Assembly (NCBI GenBank): GCA_044892525.1
Contig: CM097887.1
Coordinates: 65,224,001-65,288,000, forward strand
DNA length: 64,000 nt
Source of the DNA: Schmidtea polychroa
Taxonomy: Eukaryota
Reading direction: 5' to 3'
Part shown: one piece after another, positions 1-14,064 of the stretch
Numbering within the stretch: position 1 is the first letter of the stretch
Layout: the number at the start of each line of letters is the position of its first letter
Made by a program: the position numbers and the translations under genes
The notes under the pieces: generated by a model
The model's input: the letters and a program-made list of their open reading frames with translations, nothing else
What the model was told of the DNA's origin: nothing
Databases searched by the model: none

Positions 1-337
1 TAAATAATATTTAAATTCTAGAGTATTTTATGGGAATTTGTTCAATACAAATTTGATAATTTTGCTATATGAAAGCCTGAAAGAGATCATTTACTAGTGA
101 CTGTATAGTTAAACTGAATTTAAAACTTTAATTGTAATGTAAACTTTAACTAGTTAATGCATACATTGTCTAAGTTTATACTTTTATGATCTTTTATCAT
201 TAATTAAAAAAACTAAAATTTTTCGATAGTGAATATAAATTCTAAGATTTACTTGACTGTAATTATAAAATATTTAAGTTACTAATAAATATTTTGGTTC
301 TATTTATATTTACCTTTAAATTTAATGTTTGGCACTT

Positions 338-624
338 TAAAAATAAACTCAGGTGATTCCGAATTGGTGGCTTCTGTCTTATATTTTTTAACAGGAACTT
401 GGTTACCATTTTCATCTTTGGTATCATTGATTACTATATGGTTTCTAGCTCTGCTTTTGTCAATATTAAATGGAATGCATATTTCATTTAAACCGTAGGG
501 CTTTAGTGATGCTAAAATAATTATTTCATACTTTATGACAAGTCAGTAAACACATACTTTTCGATACAAAGATCATATTCCGTGACATTTCTATATTTAT
601 TGTTAGATCGTGCAAAAAGTGATG
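338..624 (-). CDS. Possible two exons of an unidentified spliced gene (624-558, 511-338)
   Basis: Two open segments are joined in frame by a 46-nt GTATGT...TTTTAG intron (557-512), giving HHFLHDLTINIEMSRNMIFVSK-TSLKPYGLNEICIPFNIDKSRARNHIVINDTKDENG. No homolog recognised. Confidence 0.3.
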
Positions 625-3404
625 CTAGCAATATATTCAATCCTTCAAAATATTAAAAACATACATTTTAGATATTTAGTACATTAAAAGGAGAAATGTT
701 AGTTATTTAGTTAGAATTTCGTAAGTTAATTAATTTTTAATTTGTTACGAATTTTAAAATATTTCCTTTTAATCTGATAGAAATATTTTATCTATAATGA
801 ATGTTTGATAAATTTCATTTTATTTTATTGAAACCAAATAATTTTTTTTAAATATTTTAAATTCTTTTGTTATTGTCAAGAATATTTAAACGATGAGGTT
901 CATTCAAGTTAAATCGAACTCATTTCCTTAAAAATTCTTTAACCCATTTAAAAATTATATTTATGATAGAAAAAAATACAAATATTTTAGTGGATTCTTT
1001 TAAACACCTAACCCAGAATTAATAATTTCTAATCGAACAAGAATCACTAGTCTCTAAATGATTTCAGTACTGGTTAGATATTGATATTTAGTTATGACAA
1101 TGTAATTTACTGCTTCACTTGTTATTATGGCAAGAACTAAATGAAATTAATTAAAGATAAAGTGAAAAATTGCTAAATTTATTGAGTGTTTCATAAAGTC
1201 AACTATTTAGATATCAGTCATGTGATGCTCCTAAACCTATAATCGAGTTTTTTTTTAACCTTTGTTGGTCACTATAAAAAGTTACTCAACTGAGGGCCAC
1301 ATCAAATTTTCAAATGAAAATAAGAAAATTCACTATTAATAATAATAAAACATGTATATTTATTGTTATAAATGAGATGTATTTACCAATTGTTGAGCTA
1401 GAAGTTATTTTGAGCGCAAGTAGGTGAAACATGACTGAAAAGCGTCGAAACATAGAACACAGCATAAAGTCGGGTAAACCCAAAACACGTCAAAACATCG
1501 ATTAAACAACTCAACAGAATTCATTTAACACTAAATTTATAAACACAAAAGTAAAATAAAAAGAAACAAAACCAAGGGGTATTACACGAAATCAACTCAA
1601 ATAGATACATAAAAGAAGTAAGCAAATTTGAATTAATGGCGATAAGAGTTTTCATAAAGTTTTCGAATACCTTTCTCTTTTCCACACTTGCTGCATAATA
1701 TTCTGCACAAAGTTTAATAAAGGTTTTAAGTTTTGTTAAACTCAACGGTATTTTCGTTAGCTTCATTAACACTTCTACCAATTTCTGAGAATTTGAGTCA
1801 GGTTCTGTTATTAATTTTCTTGCCTTTGCAATAAATATAGTACTCTTTTCACTTTGAATATCAGTTTTAACTCTGCTTCTTGTAACGTCATCAATTTTTG
1901 ATTCATCTTTCCTCAACTTTCGTCCTGTCATCATGTGAGCATCTGTTTCTTCATCTGATTCAAATTTTGCTATCAATTTATTCAATTTTTGATTCAATTG
2001 TTTAACATCGTTCTCAATTTTCTCTCTAAATTCATCTTTCTGAACATAAGCAACGTTATTCTTTGACTGGCTTTCATTTTGAAATGAAATTGTAAGTTTC
2101 AAAATCGGTTTTTGAAATTTATTGGAATTTCTGGGACTGAATCATGCAATATGCCCGTAATTTCTGCACAAATGACATTGAAGTTGCCCATTTAAATTCA
2201 CATTGTCTCTCTGTGGTGATGGTGAAGTTGATGGTGATCTTGATCTTGAAAAACAATTTCTAGAAACATATCATTTTCTACCACAACGATAACATTGTAC
2301 CTCATTAAAATTTGACTTCACATTAGGAATTGCTCTCCGAAAATTTGTTCCTCTATTATCTCTACGCCAATCTGGACTCAATCTCCTGGGTACTCTTTCA
2401 AATTACTTTTAAACTAACACTGGTTTGTATAATGACCAATTTTCTTACAAATATCACATTGAATAACTTTAGCTCTCTGTTCCTGGTGATTTTTGACTTG
2501 TTCTGTTCAAATTATTATCGTTCCCCCATTTGGGTGATGGGCTTTGTGATCGTTGGAATCTATTTCCTGATTTCCAATTGTCTTGAGTTGGAGTTATTGA
2601 TCTTTCTCTTTGAACTGGAATTATTGCAAATACTACAGATTTATTTTTATAGCTCTTTAGGTTCAATTCGATTTTCATAGCCTTTATAACTAGTTCATCA
2701 AAATCGTCATAGTCCACACAGCAGAATGCCGTCTTTATTTCTTTATTTACTCCTGACAAAAATTGGTCATGAATCAGCTCCTGCATTTGTTGGGCTAATT
2801 CTGGTTGTTTCAAATCTTCTTCAAAGGATTTGCTGGCAAGAGTCGATAAATGATACACAAATTCGCTCACTGTTTCAATTGGATTTTGGACTCTATTATA
2901 AATTTTTGAAGCATTAATGTCTTTATATCTCCTCCAATAAGTTTAGCAGCTAATGCATCTTATAACTTGGCCCAATCATTGCTGATTGTTTTCCTGTCGA
3001 TTTGTTGCCAAACCTCTCTAGCTGCCCCTTTAAGATATACGGGTAATCTTTGAATCGTGATTGCTTGAAACCATCCATAAGCCGTTGCATACATATAGTA
3101 ATCACTCATAAAATCAACAAAAATAACTGGATCTCCTCCATATTGTTCTATTGGCAATCTTTGACAACTGGCGAAATCATTATTTTCTTTAACAACTGAA
3201 ACTGGTAAATCTTCACTACTCATTATCACTTCCTTTTTATTTTTGCTACGTAAATAATATCGGTTCACTTTAATAAATTATTTTTTCTAAATTACACAAA
3301 ATCTAAATCTCAAATTATTATTGCAATAAATAATCACTTTAATAATTTAAATTTACCACTTTATTTTCACAATTTTCCTGTCAACAATTTTTTCGCCAAC
3401 TTTT

Positions 3405-3423
3405 GATCACACCGGGCTCACCA
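3405..3423 (-). promoter_or_regulatory. Primer-binding site, tRNA-Trp-like
   Basis: TGGTGAGCCCGGTGTGATC lies 5 nt inside the LTR end CA. It resembles the complement of the tRNA-Trp 3' end (TGGTGACCCCGACGTGAT), with ~3 mismatches. Confidence 0.55.
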
Positions 3424-3885
3424 AAATATGTTGGTTAAATTAAAATTCTTAATCTGATCCCAAGCGTGTCTTTAACTGACGCACAAATAATACTTGACAA
3501 CAGAAATCTTTATTGATAATCACAAATAACTTTCACTTTACACTGACAATCAATTCAACACTCTGTTTGGTGACTATACAATGCTTTTTACAACACTCAG
3601 TGAGGAATAGCACTTGCGTATAACACTGGATTAAAAGATCACAAATTACTGATTGGTTTATCAACTGGGACTTTGAGCTGGTTGTTTTCTTTGACCTTCT
3701 TCACAAATTTATTCAAATACTCAAAGAACTTCTTTTCGTTTTATTTTTCAACTAATTCTTTTCTTCAACTCTTCTCCAATAATTATTCTTCGCAATTATT
3801 TTCTTTATTGTTATTTTTCACAAATCGTTTATCCAACAACGTTTCGTCCGACGTTGTCTAAATTTTTCCAATAATTTTCTCCCAA

Positions 3886-3990
3886 GTTTGTCTCCCAAAT
3901 TGTCTCTCAAATTGTCTCTCAAATCGTCTCACAAATTGTCTCACAAATTGTCTCTCAAGTCGTCTCACAAATTGTCTCTCAAATCGTCTG
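3886..3990. repeat. 12-bp tandem repeat (~8-9 copies) inside the LTR
   Basis: Variants of AAATTGTCTCTC/AAATTGTCTCAC; this repeat explains the SLKL/SHKL ORF 3888-4322. Confidence 0.85.
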
Positions 3991-5199
3991 AATTTGTGTC
4001 CACCAGTTTCCCTTTATATAGTTATTTTATTTGTGGCACTAGCGACAGATTCTGTTTTCCCATTTTCATTTTCTTCTGTGTTCCCCGCTATGTCAGCCTT
4101 ATCTCTGACAGATGTCGAGATTTTTTACTCCTTTTCCATTTTTTCTTAAGCCACCTTCTCCCGGCAATTCCGCTATCTTTGACAATTCCGCTATCTTTTT
4201 CCCATATTTTGTTTTTCTGGAATTTGAAATTCCACCTTCATTTGTACTTCTTAATTAACAATGACCTTTGTTTTAATTTCTTGTTTGTTTTCTTTTCTTT
4301 GATTTATCTTTCTCATTTTTAATTTCTTTTTACTTCCGTTTTCTTTTCTGAGTTCCCATAGATCGTCCCGTTTGTCAATTCGATCTTCCCCCGGGTAATT
4401 TATTTATTTATTATGTTATTTTTCATTTTGGTGTCCTTTACACATTTTAGTTAATTTTTTTTTATTTTTTAATTAAATGTTTTGCTTACTTTTTTGATTA
4501 TTTGGTGTTTTTTCATTATTTTTAATAAACTATTTGCGTTTTTTATGCTACGTTCGTTTATTCCGACAGTCTTACTTTAATTATTACAACTTCTGGCCCA
4601 ACACAAGCTATGAAAAAATACCCAAACCTACTTGTATCAGATAGGTCAAGTTTAACGATAATGTCAACCCTTTTCAACAAATGAAATCAGAAATCATACC
4701 GATTAATGTTATTCAAAACAGCATTATTCGACGAAATTCGATGAAAAGTATACAGGGAGCAGAAGGACGACGCAAAAGAATAAGCAATGGAAGAATTAAG
4801 AACGAGAAAACGATTCACAGAACAAGTGATAACGTCAAAATTAGAATTGGGAATTACACCAACTACAATAATGTAAACAGATAATTAAATCAGGGTTTTC
4901 AACAATGATTCAGATCTCACAAACACGAAGAATTCTTTCCAGATATTTGATTTTTTATTTAAAAAGTTACTCACAAGAATTTAGTGGAATAATTATATTT
5001 ATATTATATTGAATTCTGTTTAGTTATTATTTGATTGTTGTCTAAAATTATTGAAAATAGTTTAATTTTTTAATTATAAATTTATTTTGAATTTTATTAA
5101 TTAAATTAAATTTGTTTTATCAAATTCATTTTATTTGTAAACTTCTTAAATGGTTGAATCTGGTAATTAAGGAATTTAATTAATTTTAAACTATATATT

Positions 5200-8100
5200 A
5201 TGAAAATAGAAAAATGCATTTCTCCAATAGAATGGGATAGAAATTCTGAAGAGAATTCTATGGAAGAAAATGAACATGAAATTCATCCAACCGTATGTTT
5301 TTCAGTCCAAAAAATATTTTTAATTCATGTATTAGAATGAAGTTAAAGAAATTCAAAGAATATGCACTCAGTCATCTCCTAACGTAGACGCGAATTATCG
5401 TTTACCAACGAGAATTAAGTACTTATTCCACGAAGCCAGATATTTTATGATTAAATCCAATAATTTTGAAAACGTATCATTAGCTAAAGTAAGAAATGTA
5501 TGGTCTACCATCAGAGCTAATGAAATCAGACTAAACAAAGCATTTTATGAAACGAAAAATGTATTATTAATTTTCTCAGTTAAAGAAAGTGGCAAATTTC
5601 AAGGTTATGCGCGACTAGCATCACCTTCAAATCCAAAGAAACATATAAATTGGGTCTTACCCAGTCACATGAGTCAAAAACAATTAAGTGGTATCTTTCA
5701 AATTGATTGGTTAAGCAGGTTAAATAAATCTAATATTTTGAATTTTAAATTTGAATGAATTCATTTATTTTTAATATTATATTCTTCATTTAATATGAAA
5801 AATTTCATTAATTTTTCTTTCAATTTAATAGAACATTTACAATTAAATATTTTAGAAATTCAAGATTTTTTATAAGAGAACAAAACATTAATTATCTTAG
5901 TTTGGTATTTATTTTTGAAAAAAATGGTTGATATTAACTTTGGACTAGTAATATTCGTATTTTCTTTTGTTATGTTAATTGAATAGTTATAAATTTAATT
6001 GCATTTGGACATGTAAAAAAATTATGAAATATTTCATCACTAAGATACAAATAATTGTCTTCTAAGTTCTTTCAAAGAAATTTAAGTATATAATAGATAT
6101 GTTTGTTACTAGTCATTTGTTAACTATTGAATTTTAGAGCACACATTTTGTCATACAGATCTTAAGAACCATACAAATTATGTTTTAAATAAATCTATTC
6201 TCTTAAACATTTTTCTGACATTGGTACAAAAAACATACAAAATCACCCAAATACCATATAAATTGATACTAGTAAAAGGACTTTTATTGATATTCTTAAC
6301 ATTAGACCTAATTTGTCTTTTCAGTCAACTGATAATGGTATTCGAAAACTTTATGAAAGAATTATAATGGATCAGAAGTTGTTGCATGGGAGTAAAAGCT
6401 TTTGATGTAAATGTGTACATTTTATTTTGCATTCTAATAGTACAAACTCACCCACAGAAACAATTAACTGTGAAGTACGTCTTTTATCTACTAATCTAAA
6501 AAATGCAATTAAGAAATGTAAAAAAATAAAATATTTTAAGATTTGTCTATATTTTGTAAATTTTATGGTAATGTACGATAACATAAATTTCATGTACTGA
6601 TTGCAATGTTGGCCTATACGTAGATTTTGGTTTTCAAGAATACCACACTGAAAAAAATTTTAACATTTAATAAAAACTTAAATCCAGCCACGGTAGAGAG
6701 TTACTATTTAGTACTATTAAAGTTTAAATAAAGGCAATATACAAAATATTATATAATTTTCATCGAATAATATAGTTTATATTTTCAGAGAAGAAGTTCC
6801 ATTTTCCAAAACAAATCACCTTGTAAATGCATGGAATGAACATAAACCGGTAAAAATTGGTAGAGATGGACAAGTAATAGTTGAATCATTAATCGTGTAA
6901 AATTCCGCTTGACTGATAGGAAATTGAACCGTCATGTGGAGAATTTTTGTGCCGATTATTTGTTCTTGACGAGGATTGCAAATTCAATGAGATAATTGAG
7001 AAAGCAAAAGCCGGTCCGCCCGAATACAGAGATCGCGACTCAAATCGTAACTACCAATCAGATAGCCGCAATCAAGATAATTATAACAACAAACCAGTCC
7101 CATATGGCGAGTCTAGCTACGATGATTATCGATCCCAGTATAATAGCAGCAGATCTCATTCCGATAGGTCAGAAGTTCTACTTTTAGATACATTATGGAC
7201 TAATTTATGGCTCAGTTCCGGACATTATTGGAATCTAATGATGGAAAAATTGTTTATTCCACAAAAATTCAATTGTTTTATTAATCGAAAAACTTTCTAT
7301 AAAAGAAATTTATCGAACTTTTCTTTAAAAAATATGCATTTATCCTTCGATATATTTATATCTCTCTCTCTATCTCTCTACTTGTGACTGAGACAAATCG
7401 ATAACATCGTCTTTCATTGTGATATATATTTTCATTATATTGCCTATCGTTGACAATCGGTTTTTAAGCATCTGAACTTTTTTTTGATATTTTTTGATAA
7501 CTAAGCCATGTTTTTATATTATTATTATTTTTGATAATCATTGTATTGATGAGAATGGTTGAGACAATTTATGAGAAAGATTTTTTTCAAATTTAAGTCT
7601 ATCTGCGCAGTACTATATATTTAATTAATTCGAGTGTGATTTTCTCAATTTTTCATTCATTGCTAAATTTATTATTTGTATTGTATTTATAAAGTGTAAA
7701 TTTTTGTATATAGATCAGTTAAAGCCAATTTTACGAATTGCATAGATCATTCAGCAGGTGTTCATTAAAAATCAATATTTATGTTTTTCTATAAAACCAA
7801 CAAGAAAATCTTAAGAAACTTTCATGAATTTGATTTTTAATTTTAGGAAAAAGGAAGCTTATCTTGAATCTTCCAGATCAAAGGGTAATGTTTTCATTTT
7901 TCCCGATTGGTATTGAAATTGAATATTTAGATCGAAATCGGTATGAAAACAACAATGATGTTTTTTTAAATGGGGTATGGCTACAGTCAGACAATATTTG
8001 GTGTAAATGATTTTTTAATTAGAATTATGAAGATTATCTCCGAGAACAGACGAGTTATAATAGAGTATATAATCAATATTCGGTAAGTATAATATTTTTA

Positions 8101-10570
8101 ATGCTTTGGAATCGGTACTTGTTATCTATTACTCATTTAAGGACAGTTGTATTTCAGCATGTAATAATATTTTAAATGAAAATAATTAATAAAATAATAA
8201 ACTGTGTTTATTAAAGTATTTTTCAAAACTAAGTCATTCCATGTCATTTAACTTTAAATGTATTTTAACTTTAATTAATGTTTAAATAAAATTTTATTTG
8301 AAACCATATGATCTTTCACATTAAATTATTGTTACCATGGTTATAGGGTAAAAATTCAAGTATATAAATTGTTATTCATTAGATAGAGAAAACTATTTTA
8401 AGAAATATTGTCCGATCAGAGCATACTCAATAATCTTATTTTGGGGACATGTAGATTACTATTCAATAGGACACTGTTATCGGTAGTTGCCGGTGTAGAA
8501 CTACGGCCAGCTCCGTGGTTTTGTTGATAATCTCTTTTTAGCTGATTTAGATGGCTAATCGGGAGCCGATTTCACTGCTTTTTCAGCATCTTATATAAAA
8601 TATAGGAATTGATTACGCATATTTCCAATACCCATAAAAATAACTTTCGCCACCATTTCAATGATTTTCGCAAAAACAGATGTATATTGATTGGCATGAT
8701 CAACGCCTCCCATCAATTTAATATTTTTTAGAACTTCGATTGGTTTGTTAACTGCAATTTCAAATAACCACCTCGTTAAAACCGTTTTACTTTAGTCACG
8801 CCAGCATCGCACCAATTTGTTATATTGGTCACAACCAGTGGTGAGCTGTGAAAAAAACAACAAAGGGCTCGCAAAAAAAATTTAGGTGATTTTCGCTCAG
8901 AAAAAAAATGCTTTTTTCCGAATTTGCTTTTTTAGTAAAATATAAAAGCGTCCAGAAAATTTTTTTTTGATATACAAATGCGGTAAAATTGTTTTAAAAA
9001 TGTTTACTACCAAAACAATAGAAATTTTAATTTGAAGTGAAGCGCAAAATCACAGTTGAAAGAACAACAAGGGGCTCGCAAAATTTTTAAAAAGTTAACA
9101 AGGGGCTTGCATGGCTCACCACTGGTCACAACCCATTTATCCTTCTTAGCCAAGATCAAATTTTTTTTCCGATATGCTACTGATTTTTCTTTCCGAATTT
9201 TGGTGTCTAAAGCAATCGGTAGTTCTTTCCGGTTTGTTTGTACTGTGCCAGTCACGTAACGCTTCATTTTAGCTAATTCTAAGACTAGCACAAGACTCGT
9301 ATATTATATCTTTCTGTGAACATATGATGGCCTTGTGTGTCAGGAACAGAATTTAATAGCATTTAATACAAGTTTAATGGAATTCTGATAGTCACCGGAA
9401 GAACAGGTCTTATCAATATTGTTATGTTTCCATAATATGGAAGAATTTCACGGATATATCCTGTTTCTGAATCGCAAAGTGCATAAATCCTAATTCGTTG
9501 GTTTCATAGGATTATAAATGATGAAAGAAAATTTCCCTTTAAATTTTACAACGGACTCGTCGACACATATTTTCGCCAGGAATGAAATTTTCCAAAAATT
9601 TCGTGTTGATTTTTTTCCAAGTAGTTACTAACTCGATGTAAACGAGTTTTTACGTCTGTAGCTCCGGGTGTAATTGTCTTCAAGTGTAGCATCAAAAAAT
9701 TTGGATGAACCTGCCTCGTGTAAAAAAATTGGGAAAAAAAGAATTCGACTATTTCCATTCACCGGCCAATATTGTGCGATATTTGCAAGTGGCATGGTTT
9801 CCATATTAAGGATGACCGCTATGAATGCCCGGAATTCTAGCGATTTTAGTTCTTTTCAGTTTATCCACATAGACTTTTTCGATATTTCTTAATTTATTAT
9901 CTGCATATTTATTTGTTTCAGTTACAATTGCATCAATTAGGTGATCGGTATAAAATAATTAAAAGAAATGCAACGGTTCCGTGACATTGGCGATAACTTG
10001 GGAACCTACAATTTTTCATAACTTCTAATTGCCAAATCAAACTCATCTTCACTGCTACATATTTCATCCTTTGATTTCATTTTTATCACCCTATAAGCGA
10101 CTAAATTTGAAATAATGCAGTTAAAAAGTTCACAACACACTTACAATAACTTTTAATACCATGAAAGTATTTTAAAAAGGTGTAATTCACAAAAAAATGT
10201 TACTTATCAATGCTTTCGCAAAACAGGGTACCAAAAAAATTGTTACGCTTTTGCTAGAAATAAATGCTAAATGAGAATTTACACAGCAAAATTACTTGCT
10301 TTGGAAACAAATACCGTTAATGCAATTATACATGATTACTCATACGATGGAAACGAAAATTAGCAATGAGTGCGAAATTCAAGCTATATAAGATCATAAT
10401 TAATTAATTTTACAAAGAAACGTGACTTATATTGCTATTATTATTACGGTAGCTAATTATGCGAAATCATTTGGTTTCAAATGTACATCAAATTCAAATT
10501 ATTACTGAAAGTACTTTAGTGCTATTTTTACTTGGTCGCATAATACAACCGACTTAGATTACTAATCCAG

Positions 10571-10655
<85 letters not shown>

Positions 10656-13206
10656 AAAAGACAATCACTCAATAGGATTATGATATGATACAATCCGCCG
10701 CAACTAATTATTTCGTTTGATGTTGATTTACAAAGAAAACTATAAATACATAAATAATATACGTATAGTGTGATTTTTCTTATAAAATAATTAATTATAA
10801 CTTATTGTATTTTTTAGAAGTGGTTTTGTATTGAATTATTAAAAGAAAATTAAAAAATAAATGCAATAAAAAATATTAAATGCTTACTGTTTACAAAGAA
10901 TTAAATTTTCGGATAGTGCATCTCATCTTCTAGAAAAATATTTTTTACACACGCTCTGAATGTAATTGTAAAATATGAATAGTTGGGAAAGTATTTGCTT
11001 CAATTTAGAAGCTCTTCCAGTTTTATTTTTATCCCATCTATAGGATCTATAAATTTGTAGTTTACACTTAATTTATGGATCCAATTTTTCTTTTTTTCTT
11101 ATTGATATCAAATTTTTATTAAATAAAATTAAAAATTTGTCTGATATTGACATTAATTAAAAAATAAATAACTATCAGCAATATCTTTTTTTTTGCTTTT
11201 TTAACATTTCATTTATTTTCATTATTGCATTATTAAATGTCATCTATATAATACAAATTTTCGGTACGGCCTATCACACATATTGTTTCGAAGTACTGCT
11301 GAAAATTGACTTCAGGAGAAAATATTTAATCTATAGTAGTAATAAAAATGAATGAAACGTTAAAAGAAATTAATTACTATAATTTTTAAAATAAGTGTAA
11401 TGTGATAATCGTTTGAATTTCTAATAGAAAATTCATTTCGAATTTCGTTGGTTCTCATCAGTACCATGTGTCGTGTCAAAGTTGTTATCACACCAGATTC
11501 GACTCTATGGTGTCTATGGGTTTTTGATAATTATAATCGAGTTGCACATTTGAAAAAATAATCATCCGTAAAGTTAGTCATTATAAAGATACCAAGTAAT
11601 AGTAGCACATACTTTAAACAAGCAGTAGTGGATGATATTTCCTGTCGTAATAGGACCTTATTTCTCTGCAATATCAGAATGGCATCAAGTGAAAGTGGCT
11701 TAATAGACATTCACTATTTATAAAACTATTAGTTATATATGAACACCATTTCTAACTTTCAGGGATTTGGTTCAAAATCTATAGGTAATTTCATCACCAG
11801 GCTACATAAAACACATAATAAAAACACATAATAATAAAGTGGCTTAATAGACATTCACTATTTATAAAACTATTAGTTATATATGAACACCATTTCTAAC
11901 TTTCAGGGATTTGGTTCAAAATCTATAGGTAATTTCATCACCAGGCTACATAAAACACATAATTATTCTGTTCAAATTAAGTATTTAAATACGTTTGACA
12001 TCTTGCAAACTAGGCGTATTATTCTTATGTAATCAAATAAGTGTAAATACAAATAAAGTCTTTCATGACATCCGATGTATTGATATATAACACTTTATTC
12101 GCAAAAAATAATAGAAATTGTTTAATGTTTAACAATACTTTTTCAGCAGCAAATTTTGAAAAATACATATTTCAATCTTAATTTTTCCTTTTAAGTGAAT
12201 TCGATAAAGAAGAAAGCAAATGGAAATCTAATAGTATCAGCTTAGGTGAATATGATGAATGAATAAACGTCCAAATTCAAATGTCTATTTTTACAGAGAT
12301 TGTAATGATAAATGTTGCTTCGAGTTATCTATTGAAAAATATCCTTTTTCTGCTGATAAATTTCAGTTTTTCCAATGTTTCTTCCATACTTATCCAAAAT
12401 TAATTAAACTATACAACATGATTTTCTTGCTGCATAAATCAGCTTCATTATAAACAATCCATATTCGACATTAGTAACAATAAGCTTTAAAAATGGCTCT
12501 TGAATTTCCAGCCGAAATTCGATAAACTATTCGCTTATGTTCAATTAATGCAAATGATTCTCAAAGCTGAATTTCGATATCATTTTTATTACTAAAATCT
12601 CGTGTTGTATCACTTTGCCGATTTTCAATTAGACCTGAGATTCGTTTGTTATGGATTTACTAGTTGTAGGCTCTTCAGGACGTTTATCATCAGTAAAATT
12701 AAAGCCCCATTACGAAACTTTAAATTATTCTCTACAACACCATACCCATATACATTTGAAATCTTTTTAGGAATGATGGGAAAGAATGACAAGTATAATA
12801 ATTATAAAAAGACATTTGAAAACGAGAAGATTTGTAAACTTATAACGAGATTATCATAATGCTGATGCTGTTTATTTAGTCCTTACATGCTGGCAAAGAT
12901 GATTGCGATATAGTGAGTATATTGCATGATAGATAAGATATGTTGTATTCGCTAATTTATTGTTTGTAATCAGATATTTTTATTATTTTATTTCAGTACG
13001 AACAAAGGGTAGATGATTTCCTCCGCAATATAGTGAATAGAGATAGACCGATTCGTAATCATGATAGCAGTTCTGATTATTCTCACAGTAGCAGCAGCAG
13101 TTACAAAAAACGCAGACAACGTTCCAGATCTCGAGATCGAAGATCAGGACATTCTTATAAATATCGTTCAAGGCGTTATAGGTCAGGTTCCAGACATCGA
13201 CATTAA
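5200..13206 (+). CDS. YTHDC1: YTH domain-containing protein 1 (nuclear m6A reader); exons 5200-5292, 5336-5718, 6789-6873, 6920-7167, 7847-7884, 7931-7974, 8023-8082, 12997-13206
   Basis: The YTH domain reads [25 protein letters not shown]...[15 protein letters not shown]...INWVLP...[16 protein letters not shown], with cage tryptophans present. YTHDC1-specific downstream motifs [14 protein letters not shown] and [10 protein letters not shown] are followed by an RS-rich tail. All junctions are GT-AG and phase-compatible. Confidence 0.93.
8560..9960 (-). mobile_element. piggyBac transposase fossil in the last YTHDC1 intron
   Basis: Frameshifted motifs occur in the correct order: [10 protein letters not shown]...[45 protein letters not shown]...[22 protein letters not shown]...INSYILY. 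Boundaries are approximate. Confidence 0.85.
8836..9124. mobile_element. hAT-type MITE inserted into the piggyBac fossil
   Basis: TIR CAGTGGTGAGC / GCTCACCACTG; perfect 8-bp TSD GTCACAAC (8828-8835, 9125-9132). Confidence 0.9.
10572..10653. repeat. (TA)n microsatellite
   Basis: ~40 perfect TA units. Confidence 0.98.
11692..11963. repeat. Tandem duplication, ~144-bp period
   Basis: AAAGTGGCTTAATAGACATTCAC...GGCTACATAAAACACATAAT starts at both 11692 and 11836. Confidence 0.9.
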
Positions 13207-14064
13207 TTATCGTATTACTAATTTCTGTGTCCATGTAAAGTGATATTTGCGTATTTATATAATGGTTAATATTATTGCGGTTTGTTTAAACAATGTGATT
13301 AAATAAATCATTTCATCATCTTCGAGTTTTAATTTTGCTATATTGATAATAAAATGCCAGGAAAAATAATGTTTTGTTAAGTTTATATGCTTTTCCAAAC
13401 ATTTAATTTATTTTGCTGTTAAATCCAAGAGCTGAACATTATTAATGTTTATCGACATTACTTTGAAAATAAATTTAATTAAAATAAATCGATATGATTA
13501 TAATTTTCCATTTAATATATTTAAATAATTAACTTCAATTTAGTAAACAAACATAATCGTCAAGAAAAGGTGGTTATTAATTGTTAAATGACGAATATGG
13601 TCATCATAAGCTGTTAACCTTATAGCATTTGATATTTGATTACAAAAAATGTCATTTTTTTCATAGTTATTAAAAATAAAAAATTAATCACATATATATT
13701 TTAATATTTCCAAGTAGTCAAATTCGTAATTAGTTGGCCGAATTTACCGAAGCGTTACACTTAAAGTTAGGATAAAATGGTTAGACATGTAAGATATATT
13801 TTATCTGTTTTTAATTTTGTAATAATTATTTTGGAATCATAATAAATAGCTCAATAGCTGCTCAAAGATTTATCTATGTGACCTATGTTTGAAAATCTTA
13901 AAATACTATAGCCGCAATATTTTCGAAAAAGTTGAAAGGAAACATTATTGCGGTTTTACTTAAAATTTAAGTTAAAACTTAATAAATTATTGATCCACAA
14001 AAAATTATCAAAGAGCCGCAGTTTGGGGTTCCTGTAATATACCTTTACAATTTTTATCACTTAA

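Larger units (their letters stand above)
1521..4603 (-). mobile_element. Decayed LTR retrotransposon: one LTR, PBS, broken gag, extra ORF; no pol visible
   Basis: LTR 3429-4603 is bounded by TGTTGG...CCAACA. A PBS lies at 3405-3423. The frameshifted gag (3268-~2120) has a capsid-like segment (LPIEQYGGDPVIFVDF...LKGAAREVW) and two degenerate CCHC knuckles (CYRCGRK*YVSRNC; CHLCRNYGHIA*FS). A 193-aa ORF (2102-1521) follows. Confidence 0.75.

Noticed and set aside
1391-1516. TGTTGAG...CTCAACA inverted ends suggesting a tiny solo LTR or the missing 3' LTR
   Set aside because: There is no TSD and no similarity to the 3429-4603 LTR interior.
3888-4322. 144-aa ORF with SLKL/SHKL repeats
   Set aside because: It is produced by a 12-bp tandem repeat and T-rich LTR sequence.
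11410-11465. Hammerhead-like core on the minus strand (CTGATGA-GAA..TTC-GAAA followed by a hairpin)
   Set aside because: There is no U at the NUH cleavage position, and no partner strand for stem I in either topology I tried.
12983-13243. ORF-track ORFs 12983-13234 (-) and 13061-13243 (+)
   Set aside because: These are shadows of the real YTHDC1 terminal exon (12997-13206) read in another frame.
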